Made by a program: the position numbers and the translations under genes
Part shown: piece after piece, positions 26,270-34,386 of the stretch
Layout of the letters: the number at the start of each line of letters is the position of its first letter
How positions within the stretch are numbered: the stretch's first letter is position 1
Assembly: GCA_026396355.1 (NCBI GenBank)
Contig: JAPLWY010000092.1
Location: 1-35,142 of the forward strand
From: Candidatus Micrarchaeota archaeon
GTDB taxonomy: Archaea > Micrarchaeota > Micrarchaeia > Anstonellales > Anstonellaceae
Direction: 5' to 3'
Length of the DNA: 35,142 bases
The notes under the pieces: model-generated
The model's database searches: none
The model's input: only the letters and a program-made list of their open reading frames with translations
What the model was told of the DNA's origin: nothing

Positions 26270-27889
26270 ATGCGTGCCGCAGCATTGTTTTTATTGTTCC
26301 TACTTTGCAATTTTTCCTTTGCCGCAGTCGAGTGGAGCTTTTCCTCACCAACACCGCTGGCGCCAGGCATGGCGTTCCTCTCGGACAGCGTAATCTTATC
26401 CTCAACAGGGGGCATGGTGTATGCGCTTTCTGCAAAGGATGGCGCGCTTTCCTGGTCCTATGATGCAGATGAGCAAATCACCACTCCTCCTTGCGCAGTG
26501 GATGCTTCCTCAATAGCATTTGCCACGAAAGGGGGCAAGGTATCTTTCCTGAGTTCAAATGGAAAAGAAATCTATTCTGCGCGCCTTGCGTCAGACCCGC
26601 TTTACATCGCATGCGCGAGCAATAAGGTGTACGTGGCATTTGAAAATAGGCTGACTGCGCTCACTTCCCAAGGAGAAGCGACATGGAATCTTACTTTCAA
26701 GGGGCTGCCAGGCGCGCTTTCAACCTCTGACAAAGTTCTTTATTTCACTGCTGGCGGACAGCTTCACGCAGTCTCGCTGCAAACAGGCGTCAATATTTGG
26801 ACGCAAATGCCTTCAGCCGCAGACTCTTTCTTATCCGCACCAACCGAATCCGGCGACACAGTGTATTTCGGGGCAACTGACAACAATCTTCATGCAATAA
26901 ACCGCTTCACTGGCACTGAGCGCTGGAGCTTTCCGACCGGGGGCTGGGTGATTTCCTCACCTACTGTGCTTGATGATACTATTTACTTTGGCTCATCTGA
27001 CGGCTATCTTTATGCAGTTTCAAATTCAGGGAACCTGCGCTTCAAGTTCAAGGCAGGGCAAGGGGTATGGTCAACCCCGCTTCTCCACGCCTCATCAGGG
27101 CAGTCTACCGTGGTTTTCGGCACGACCGACGGGAAGCCTTACGGGATAGATGCAGCTGACGGAAGCGAAAAATGGTCATTCTCAACAGCAGGAAGGGTGA
27201 ATTCCCCTAGCGAGTATTCTGATTCATTCATATTCACAACCGAGAAAGGAAAGGCATACTCGATTTCAACCTCTCCCATCTGCAGCTTCTCCTCGCCAAA
27301 GGACAGCGAAGTGGTGGGGGACTGGGCACTTGAGATAAGGGGGCGCGCAAGCTCGGACTCCCCAATCTCAAAGGTGGAAGCAAGGGCAAATGGGGGCAGC
27401 TGGGTCCTGGCATCAGGCACCACCAACTGGACTGCCAATATTGACGTTTCCAGCCTTCCTGACGGCAGCATGAAGCTCGAATGCCGCGCAACCGACAGCT
27501 CGGGCAAGTCCGAAAGCGGCGATTTCTCCTCGCTTTCGCTCATCAAGATGCAGGGCGCCCCTCTGCGCACAGTTTCTGTAATCTCTCCGCAGAAAGTCAG
27601 CCCGAACGAGACATTCTCAGTTTTTGTAAAGGACGGCAATGGCGTCGATTTGCGCAGCCTGTCAGTGAGCGTGGGCGATAAAAAGACAACTGAGGACAGC
27701 CCATTCTCCCTTTCGCTTGGGAAAAGCGGGCAGGTCGAGATAACAATTGAGAAAGGAGGCTACCAGAAAACCTCATTTATCGTGGTCGGAGTCGGGGAAA
27801 GCTCGCCGTTCACCATTCCAATTGTGCTGATAGTGGCTGTTGCAGCCATCCTAATCGCGTACAAGCTGTTCTTCACCAAGAAAAAGTAG
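26270..27889 (+). CDS. Secreted PQQ-like beta-propeller repeat protein with Ig-like domains and a C-terminal TM anchor
   Basis: Signal-like N-terminus MRAAALFLLFLLCNFSFAAVEW. Repeated motifs of the type ..VYFG(A/S)xDxxLYA(I/V).. and G..(K/R)WSF are typical of PQQ/BamB-like propellers. C-terminal anchor is PFTIPIVLIVAVAAILIAYKLFFTKKK. Confidence 0.7.
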   Translation: MRAAALFLLFLLCNFSFAAVEWSFSSPTPLAPGMAFLSDSVILSSTGGMVYALSAKDGALSWSYDADEQITTPPCAVDASSIAFATKGGKVSFLSSNGKEIYSARLASDPLYIACASNKVYVAFENRLTALTSQGEATWNLTFKGLPGALSTSDKVLYFTAGGQLHAVSLQTGVNIWTQMPSAADSFLSAPTESGDTVYFGATDNNLHAINRFTGTERWSFPTGGWVISSPTVLDDTIYFGSSDGYLYAVSNSGNLRFKFKAGQGVWSTPLLHASSGQSTVVFGTTDGKPYGIDAADGSEKWSFSTAGRVNSPSEYSDSFIFTTEKGKAYSISTSPICSFSSPKDSEVVGDWALEIRGRASSDSPISKVEARANGGSWVLASGTTNWTANIDVSSLPDGSMKLECRATDSSGKSESGDFSSLSLIKMQGAPLRTVSVISPQKVSPNETFSVFVKDGNGVDLRSLSVSVGDKKTTEDSPFSLSLGKSGQVEITIEKGGYQKTSFIVVGVGESSPFTIPIVLIVAVAAILIAYKLFFTKKK

Positions 27890-27895
27890 CCGTGC

Positions 27896-28453
27896 TTATT
27901 TTCCCCGATACTCCATCATTATCTTGTCACGCCATTTCCCATAGTGCAAATGATACTCCTTCAGGCGCGCCACCTGGACAAAGCCGACTTTGCGGTAAAG
28001 TCTTGCCGCCACCTTATTCCCGTCCGCATGGTCAATCCACATCTTGTGCGGCTTGAATTTCTTCTTCGCAAGCGCAATGCTTTTCCTCAAAAGAAGCTCG
28101 CCAAACCCGAAGCCGCGGAATTTTTTTGACACTGCAAGCCCGAATGACACATTGCCCTCATCGCCTTGCGCTGCTGCTTTCCTTATGTCGCATTTTCCTG
28201 AGACTTTCCCATCTGCAAAGAGGAAAATATTCAGTAGTTTGCCAGAGTCAAGCGCGCGTGCGCTCTCCGCAACATATTTCTTTTCTTCCGCAAGCGTCAC
28301 TTTCTTCCGAAGCGGAAGATACGCGCGCTCCTCTATGAACGGGTTGATGAAATCCATCAGCGCGCGAGCGCCGATTTTCCTCAATCCAGCGCCTGAGCTG
28401 ACAATGCGGATAACATGCTTTGGGGCGCGTTTCTTCGCCTGCATTCCAATCAC
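27896..28453 (-). CDS. GNAT family N-acetyltransferase
   Basis: VSKKFRGFGFGELLLRKSIALAKKK is acetyl-CoA motif A. Its GTG start overlaps the spt5 stop (GTGA). Confidence 0.75.
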   Translation of the reverse strand: MIGMQAKKRAPKHVIRIVSSGAGLRKIGARALMDFINPFIEERAYLPLRKKVTLAEEKKYVAESARALDSGKLLNIFLFADGKVSGKCDIRKAAAQGDEGNVSFGLAVSKKFRGFGFGELLLRKSIALAKKKFKPHKMWIDHADGNKVAARLYRKVGFVQVARLKEYHLHYGKWRDKIMMEYRGK

Positions 28454-28908
28454 GAGGCAATGTCAGCGGCTTTCTGGAACACCTTTATCGTGTTTGCCTT
28501 GATGGTGACCGGGATTGGCACCGCGACCTCGGTGAGTTCCACCGTCACCTCGTCCTTGTTGGTGTCTATCTTTATCACGCGCGCCTTCTCTCCCTTGAAG
28601 GGACCCGAGACGAGCTCTACCACGTCTCCCTTGTGTATCGAAAGAACAGCAGGCTTTGCAGCCTCTATCAGCCCCTCCATCTCGCTAAGCGCCATCGGCT
28701 TTGCCAGAACGCCCTTTATGTGCGGGATTTTCAGCCCGGCTTGGCGCACTGAAACCTCATCCTGCCCTTCAACCACCAAATAGCCCTTGAGATCCTCAAA
28801 ATGAGCAACGGAATATACTGCAAGCTTGTCTTTCCGTATTCTCTTTTGGAGCATGTCCAAAACGACTTTCTCCTGCCCGACGGTTATCCTGTAAACGTAT
28901 ATCACCAA
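28450..28908 (-). CDS. spt5: Transcription elongation factor Spt5 (archaeal NusG)
   Basis: NGN domain (VYRITVGQEKVVLDML...GYLVVEG) plus KOW motif GDVVELVSGPFKGEKARVIKID. GTG start with AAGGTG upstream. Confidence 0.85.
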   Translation of the reverse strand: MVIYVYRITVGQEKVVLDMLQKRIRKDKLAVYSVAHFEDLKGYLVVEGQDEVSVRQAGLKIPHIKGVLAKPMALSEMEGLIEAAKPAVLSIHKGDVVELVSGPFKGEKARVIKIDTNKDEVTVELTEVAVPIPVTIKANTIKVFQKAADIAS

Positions 28909-28919
28909 AACACCTTATC

Positions 28920-29087
28920 CTATTGGCTGATTGCGCCAATTATTACCATTATTATTATGCCGCAAAGGCCGACCAGTATCAGCCCTATCCCGGTTATTTT
29001 CACTATGTGCTCGAATTCCTTGCGCCGCGGCCTGCTCGCCACATTCATAACGCGAATGGATTCGTTTATGAATTTCCTTATTCCCAT
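28920..29087 (-). CDS. secE: Protein translocase subunit SecE / Sec61-gamma (55 aa)
   Basis: Below the ORF-track size cutoff. Hand translation gives MGIRKFINESIRVMNVASRPRRKEFEHIVKITGIGLILVGLCGIIIMVIIGAISQ*. The single C-terminal TM helix, the R-K-P-x-x-x-E-F motif and the position between ftsZ and spt5 match the conserved archaeal arrangement. Confidence 0.7.
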   Translation of the reverse strand: MGIRKFINESIRVMNVASRPRRKEFEHIVKITGIGLILVGLCGIIIMVIIGAISQ

Positions 29088-29098
29088 ATCACACACCT

Positions 29099-30158
29099 TT
29101 AGCCAAGCAAGTCCAAGTCCAGCTCAGTCTCTCCTGATTGCGCGCTTGCGGGCGCTGCCGCCAGCTCAATGTCATACTGCGGGAACTTGGCGCCCGCCAG
29201 GCCTGCAAGCACGGATATGCGAGGTCGGATCAATTCTTTTTGAAACTTCGGAAACAATAAGCTCGGCTTCCCTCAAGGTCATGTCTTCGCCGCCAATCAC
29301 GTTTATGAGCGCGCGGTTGGCAGTTGAAATGTCAACGTCGAGTAGCGGCGAGTTCATGGCAGTGTCGACTGCGATGAGCGCGCGCTGGTCCGGCTTTGCC
29401 TCTACTGACGCTTCGCCCACGCTCACCACAGCGCAGCCTGCGCTGGTTAGTATTGTCCGCAAATCAGCAAAGTCCAAATTCACCAAGCCGGCGCGAGTGA
29501 CCAATTCCGCAATCCCTTTCACCGCGCCAGCAAGCACTTCGTCGCTTACCTTGAATGCGGTGTTGAGCGGAAGGTCAGGAACAATCGAAAGCAGCTTGTC
29601 ATTCGGTATTACGATCACCGTGTCTGCGTGCTTCCGAAGCTTGTCCAGCCCCTCAAGCGCATTCCTCATTCTTATCTTGCCTTCGGATGCGAATGGAAGC
29701 GTGACCACTGCGATTGTGAGCGCGCCAGCGGCCTTTGCCTGCTCTGCAATAATGGGTGCCGAGCCGGTGCCAGTGCCTCCGCCCATTCCGCAGGTGATGA
29801 ATACCATCATCCCGTCGGACAGCGCAGCCTTTATCTCCTCGTCGGATTCTTTTGCCGCTGCCTCGCCAACTGACGGATTTGAGCCTGCGCCCATTCCCCT
29901 GGTGGTTTTCTTGCCCAAAAGTATCTTCTTGTCAGCGCGCATCTTCACCAGATGCTGAACGTCTGTGTTCATTGCGATTAATTTGACTCCTTCTATCTGC
30001 ACTTCGTGCATGCGGCTCATGGTATTGCAGCCCGAGCCTCCTGCGCCCACAACGTATATTTTGGGCTTGCTCTGCTCTATGAATTTGAGAAGTTCCGCGT
30101 CCTCGGGCGAAACGGTTATGCCCTCGGGAATCTGACTTTCAATTTTCGGGTTTGCCAT
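29099..30158 (-). CDS. ftsZ: Cell division GTPase FtsZ, frame broken near 29214
   Basis: VVGAGGSGCNT and the tubulin signature GMGGGTGTGSAP. It is colinear with archaeal FtsZ up to ..SKRIDPTSHI. The track ORF then ends aberrantly at 29172. The family-like tail SVLAGLAGAKFPQYDIEL...ELDLDLLG* is in another frame and ends at 29099. Confidence 0.88.
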
Positions 30159-30272
30159 CTTCTTTCCTCGTGTCCGTCAAAGCTCAGCCAGGGCTTTCCA
30201 TCCCGCGCTCGCTAAGTGTGGTTTTTGCATGCATTCTTGGGCAAGGAAAGTTTATAACTCCGCCGCCCGCGC

Positions 30273-31819
30273 CTAGCCGACGCTGGAAAGCACGGTTTTC
30301 TCAAGCTCGACTACTTCCCAGCCCTCAAGCGCCTTTATGGCAAAGTCAAGGTTTGCCTCTGAATCCGAGTGTATTTCGAAAATCGGCTTGCCCTTTTCTA
30401 TCTTGTCCCCGCGTCCGCAAAGCAAAAGGACTCCTGCGGACTTGTCGTTTGGCGCCCCAGCCGCGCGCGCTATTTTCGATATCATCCGGTTGTCAATGTG
30501 ATACACCCTGCCGGTTGTCTCTGCAACCACGGTGTGGGTGTATTTCGCGGTTGGCAAGTCAGAGACATCCAGCCTTTTTGAGCCGCCCTGAAGCTCCACT
30601 ATTTCCTGAAGCTTTGCAAAAGCCTTGCCAGAGTCTATTATTCTCTCAGCCGCTTTCTTTCCCTCGCCTTTTTTCACCTTGCCTGTTGCTTCCAGTATTT
30701 CGCCTGCAAGCATGCAGGACTTTTCGCGAAGGTTCAAGGGCCCTTCCCTATTGAGAACATCGATGACATCCCACTCGGCTCGCTGCCGTCTGTGACCAGC
30801 ACTTTTATCTTCATGCCGGGCCGCTTTCCGATTGAGATGAATTCCTGCGCAAGTACATCCGCTTCTGCCCGGTTGGCAATCTTGACGCCTTTGCCAATCG
30901 GTATGTCAATCACAACATATTCTGCGCCCACGCTCTTTTTCTTTGCCATTATCGAGGCAAGCATGACGCCTCGCGGGTCAAGCGAGAGAGGGTTTCTGAT
31001 CTTGATGAGCTTGTCATCTGCTGAGGCAAGTTGAAGCGCCCCGCCCCATACCACGCAGCCATGCGATTTTTTCACAATGTCGCGCATTTCCTCGAGCTTT
31101 ATGCTGACTGAACACAAGGTTTCCATTGTGTCTGCCGTCCCTGCGGCAGAAGTTATGGAGCGGCTGGAGGTTTTTGGAATGTAAAGGCCTGCGGCTGCAA
31201 TTATCGGGACGGTTATCATGGTGGTGCGGTTCCCTGCCACTCCGCCAATGCAGTGCTTGTCGCATACCGGCCCCCTGCCAAGCGCAAGGGTTTTTCCGCT
31301 GTCCACAACAGCCTGCGTGAGCCCGACCACTTCGTTCTCGTTCATTCCGCGTATGTAAACCGAAGTTATGAATGAGGCAAGCTCAGGCTCGGACAATCTG
31401 TTCTGCATAAGCTCGGACATTATGGCCGTCATCTCCTCCCTTGAGAGTATTCCCCCGTCCAGCTTCTTTTTTATGTATTCAATCGAGGACGGGCGCTGCA
31501 TATGCAGTATCTCGATATCTGCGCCGTCAGTTATGCCCAGCTCGTCAGTTGCCTCGGAAAAAAGCCCGATCTCGCCTTTCTTGACCAAGTCGGATGACAA
31601 ATCCAGTATTGCGATTGCCTCTGCTTTCTTGTGGCGTAGCACCACGCGGTGGGAAGTGTACAAATCGTTTGCGTGCGCGTCAGCCTCGTTGAGCACCACT
31701 ATCTTGCTGCCTGCGGATATGTCAAAGCAGGTGGCCTTGCAGATGTATTTCTTGTATTTCCACACCTCGTCCTTGGGGTGAAGTTTCCCAGAGCCGGGCA
31801 TCAAGTCTCGCAGGTTCAT
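30273..31819 (-). CDS. deoA: AMP phosphorylase / thymidine-phosphorylase family enzyme, split into two ORFs near 30770
   Basis: The N-terminal ORF (..DKHCIGGVAGNRTTMITVPIIAAAGLYIPKTSSRSITSAAGTADTME..VTDGSEP) and the C-terminal ORF (..REKSCMLAGEILEATG..AGAPNDKSAGVLL..) together are colinear with archaeal AMP phosphorylase. ATG 31819 sits 30 nt downstream of a TTTATAAA box. Confidence 0.85.
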
Positions 31820-31841
31820 GCACTGCTGTTCGGTTGTGAAA

Positions 31842-31849
31842 TTTATAAA
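31842..31849 (-). promoter_or_regulatory. TATA box (TTTATAAA) of deoA, leaderless configuration
   Basis: A perfect consensus-like TATA lies about 23-30 nt upstream of ATG 31819 on the minus strand. Confidence 0.6.
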
Positions 31850-31944
31850 CCATCGCAGGCGCGGCATTTATTTCCCCCGCGCATTTCGTCGGGAAGCGCT
31901 TACGCTAAGGTTTGTTTGTTGAGTGCGCTTGGCGCACTGCTCTC

Positions 31945-31970
31945 AAAATCCTCGCTTACGCTCGGATTTT
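31945..31970 (-). terminator. Hairpin plus U-tract downstream of 5S rRNA
   Basis: The minus-strand RNA reads AAAAUCC-GAGCGUAAGCGA-GGAUUUU, a 7-bp stem with a 12-nt loop followed by Us. It starts 8 nt after the 5S 3' end. Confidence 0.5.
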
Positions 31971-31976
31971 AAGATT

Positions 31977-32094
31977 GTGTCAGCAGCAATGCGCATTCCC
32001 GTGCAGAGCACAGTACAAACAACATCGTAAGAGGGCTTAACTTCCGAGTTCGGAATGGGTTCGGGTGTTTCCCCTCTCCTATGACCGCTGACAG
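31977..32094 (-). rRNA. rrf: 5S ribosomal RNA (stand-alone)
   Basis: The reverse complement reads GUCAGCGGUCAUAGGAGAGGGGAAACACCCGAACCCAUUCCGAACUCGGAAGUUAAGCCCUCUUACGAUG...GUACUGUGCUCUGCACGGGAAUGCGCAUUGCUGCUGAC. It has the conserved CCGAAC..GAAGUUAAGC core, and the 5' GUCAGCGGU pairs with the 3' GCUGCUGAC (helix I). The core 31979..32092 is 114 nt. Confidence 0.85.
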
Positions 32095-32114
32095 GCTGGA
32101 TATTGACCTAACTG

Positions 32115-32121
32115 TTTTTAA
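32115..32121 (-). promoter_or_regulatory. TATA-like element (TTAAAAA) for 5S rRNA
   Basis: Positioned at -23 to -29 relative to the predicted 5S 5' end at 32092. Confidence 0.45.
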
Positions 32122-32130
32122 CCGTTGCGC

Positions 32131-33012
32131 TCAAAGCCCTTCGATTTTTCCGCTTCTGAAATCCATATACCAGCTTCGCGCCGAGCCCTTTCTCACTATC
32201 ATTATGGCTGCCTCGTCGCTAATCTCCTTTTCCGGATTTTTTCTCTTCTTCTCCACGCCAACCCTGATTCCTGCGACTTTTTGCATCGCATCGAAATTGA
32301 CTCCGTGCCTCTCCGCAATAATCCTCATGCAGCCAAGCTTTCCTGCCTTCGCGGCTTTTGTCTCATGCACGCGCAGCACTTCTTTTATCTGCTTGAAAGC
32401 CTCGTGGTTCTTCAGGTTGGGGATTTCATGCTTGGGCTGGTGAGAGTCAAGCATGGCAAGGCTGTTCTCAAGCTTTTGCGCCGGCAGGGCGGACTTCAGG
32501 CCAAATTTCAAAGACCCGGACCGTTCATGAAGCACAATGTAAATGCTGTCCATCCGGCAGTTTCTCAGCCGCCTGTCCTTTATTTCGCCTGCCTTGTTGA
32601 GTTCTGCTATGGTTGCCAGGAGGCGCCCTTCCTCGGAACCGATGCCAGCGAGCGCTATATAGAATTCGCGCATGAACGTCCTTGTTTCGGAGTGCTTGAC
32701 TGCATCCTCAACTGTCTTTGCCCTGATGGGCTTTCGGTCCTTTGGCACGTTTTTCAGGAAGGCAGTTATTTCAGTCTCAACTCCGGTATTCACGCCGTTC
32801 CCGAGTTTCTTTTCAATATCATTCATGACAGCAATCTCTTCATTGTATATCCGAGTATACCTTGGGTGCAGCATCTGGAAGAACAGCCCCGGTCCGCCAT
32901 TCCTGTCCAGCCTGGACCGGATATTGCGGTTGAATTCCTTGACCCTTTCAGGGCTGATGTGGTCAATATGCTTCTTCTCATTTTTCATGATATTGGTTAA
33001 GTTCATATTCAT
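32131..33012 (-). CDS. Hypothetical soluble protein (293 aa), no family recognised
   Basis: Long ORF with protein-like, K/E/R-rich composition (MNMNLTNIMKNEKKHIDHISPERVKEFNRNIRSRLD...). The equally long + strand ORF 32125..33000 is Cys/His/Phe/Leu-rich and codon-aligned antisense, so I treat it as a shadow. Confidence 0.5.
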   Translation of the reverse strand: MNMNLTNIMKNEKKHIDHISPERVKEFNRNIRSRLDRNGGPGLFFQMLHPRYTRIYNEEIAVMNDIEKKLGNGVNTGVETEITAFLKNVPKDRKPIRAKTVEDAVKHSETRTFMREFYIALAGIGSEEGRLLATIAELNKAGEIKDRRLRNCRMDSIYIVLHERSGSLKFGLKSALPAQKLENSLAMLDSHQPKHEIPNLKNHEAFKQIKEVLRVHETKAAKAGKLGCMRIIAERHGVNFDAMQKVAGIRVGVEKKRKNPEKEISDEAAIMIVRKGSARSWYMDFRSGKIEGL

Positions 33013-33150
33013 AAAATCACTCTTAATCGCTTTTACTTCTCCACACTGCCCTAATTTGTGTCAATGTATTTAAAAATGTGTTGCTTATTGCCTGCCAGCG
33101 CGAAAACCCGACTCCAAGAGTTTTAAACCCTAGAAACCAAACACCTAGCT

Positions 33151-34275
33151 ATGCAGGTCGGAATATTCACTGACAGCTACCTTCCCAACACTGATGGCGT
33201 GGTAAGCTCAATCCTCGCATTGCGCAAGGGCCTCTCTGAAAAAGGGCACGGCTCGGTGGTTTTTGCGCCTGATTCTCCTGGCTACAAAGACTTGCCAAGC
33301 GCGCGTGTCAGGCGCTTCCGAGCAGTGGCATTTCCCCCTTATCCGGACTATCGCGGCGCGGTTTTTCCATATTCCATCCCTGCAAGCGTGGCAAGGGAGG
33401 AAAATCTCTCCATAGTGCACTCCAAGGCAATGGCAATGATGGCAGTCGGCGCATACAAATTCGCGCGCCGTTCGCATCTTCCCTCGGTGGCAAGCGTGGA
33501 AACTATGATTCCTGATGGCGTGCATTACATTTTGCCATTCAAGATGGCGCAGGAAACCGGCAAGAAAGCAATCTGGTCCTACCTTGGCTGGCTTTACTCG
33601 AATTTCGATATTGTGACTTCTCCTTCCCGCCACACGCAGAGGGTGCTTTTGGAAAACGGAATAAAAAGCGAAGTAATCCCTTCGCCTGTGGACACTGACA
33701 GGTTCAGGCCAAATTCCCAAGCAGGATTGCGCGTCCGCGAAAAGCTTTGCATCTCAGACAACAAAGTGTTCCTTTCGGTCGGAAGGGTGGCAAAAGAGAA
33801 GAATTATGATTTTTTGATTGAGGTGGCAAAAGAAATGCACGAGCCGACCGCACGGTTCCTCATAGTTGGCAAGGGGCCGTATCTGGAACAGCTTCGGAAA
33901 AACGTGCAGTTGCAAGGAGTGGCGCGCAATTTTGTTTTCTCCGGCTTTGTGGAAGACTCTTCTCTTGTGGATTATTACAATGCGGCCGATGCATTCGTTT
34001 TCCCCTCTCAGTTCGAGACGCAGGGGCTCACCTTGCTTGAGGCATTGTCCTGCGGAAAGCCTGCCTGCGTGCTTAAGGGCACCCCCATGGAGGAGATTGT
34101 GAAGGGGAGCTGCGGGCGGGTGTTTTCCCAGGATGCGCGCAGCTGCGCGAAAAGCATGATGTCCTGCCTGCAAAGCCGCAAGGGCATGGCTGCAAAGGCT
34201 CGGAAAACCGCACTGAAGTATTCCATTCCTGTCTGCACCGGCAGGCTGGTTTCGCTTTACAAAAAGCTAATCTGA
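33151..34275 (+). CDS. Family-4 (GT-B) glycosyltransferase
   Basis: MQVGIFTDSYLPNTDGVVSSILALRKGLSEKGHGSVVFAP is the GT4 N-domain. The C-terminal region is GRVAKEKNYDFLIEV...FVFPSQFETQGLTLLEALSCGKPACV, with an EX7E-type motif. Confidence 0.8.
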   Translation: MQVGIFTDSYLPNTDGVVSSILALRKGLSEKGHGSVVFAPDSPGYKDLPSARVRRFRAVAFPPYPDYRGAVFPYSIPASVAREENLSIVHSKAMAMMAVGAYKFARRSHLPSVASVETMIPDGVHYILPFKMAQETGKKAIWSYLGWLYSNFDIVTSPSRHTQRVLLENGIKSEVIPSPVDTDRFRPNSQAGLRVREKLCISDNKVFLSVGRVAKEKNYDFLIEVAKEMHEPTARFLIVGKGPYLEQLRKNVQLQGVARNFVFSGFVEDSSLVDYYNAADAFVFPSQFETQGLTLLEALSCGKPACVLKGTPMEEIVKGSCGRVFSQDARSCAKSMMSCLQSRKGMAAKARKTALKYSIPVCTGRLVSLYKKLI

Positions 34276-34348
34276 CTCCAAAAAGGCAATCTGATTCTGT
34301 AAAAAGCCGTTTTATCCCATCTCACAATCATCTCGTAACGGAGGAGAG

Positions 34349-34355
34349 TTTATAA
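34349..34355 (+). promoter_or_regulatory. TATA box (TTTATAA) upstream of ORF 34387
   Basis: Lies about 38 nt upstream of ATG 34387. Confidence 0.4.
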
Positions 34356-34386
34356 GCACACTCAGTGAATTAGCCAACGTGAGGCT

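Noticed and set aside
25950-29220. Programmed ribosomal frameshifting or translational bypass as the explanation for the broken rpl11, ftsZ, purC, deoA and wecB frames
   Set aside because: Frameshifting or bypass would retain all conserved residues in the DNA. Here conserved blocks (for example IIWGA in FtsZ and the xVGxPP hinge in L11) are absent altogether, and the junctions share no slippery motif.
31897-31962. CRISPR or tRNA in the 5S-flanking spacer
   Set aside because: There are only two copies of a 10-nt repeat, far too short and too few for a CRISPR array. No cloverleaf or T-loop (GGTTCRANNCC) is present. No CRISPR-like arrays were seen anywhere else in the window.
32125-33000. 291-aa + strand ORF almost exactly mirroring the 293-aa minus-strand ORF
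   Set aside because: It is in the codon-aligned antisense frame, so it stays open simply because the sense gene lacks TTA, CTA and TCA codons. Its translation is rich in Cys, His, Phe and Leu, whereas the minus-strand product looks like a normal soluble protein.
32131-33012. Calling the orphan protein a HEPN toxin or defence gene
   Set aside because: The only support is a single loose Rx5H match (RIIAERH) with no partner antitoxin or defence-gene context. That is insufficient to annotate.
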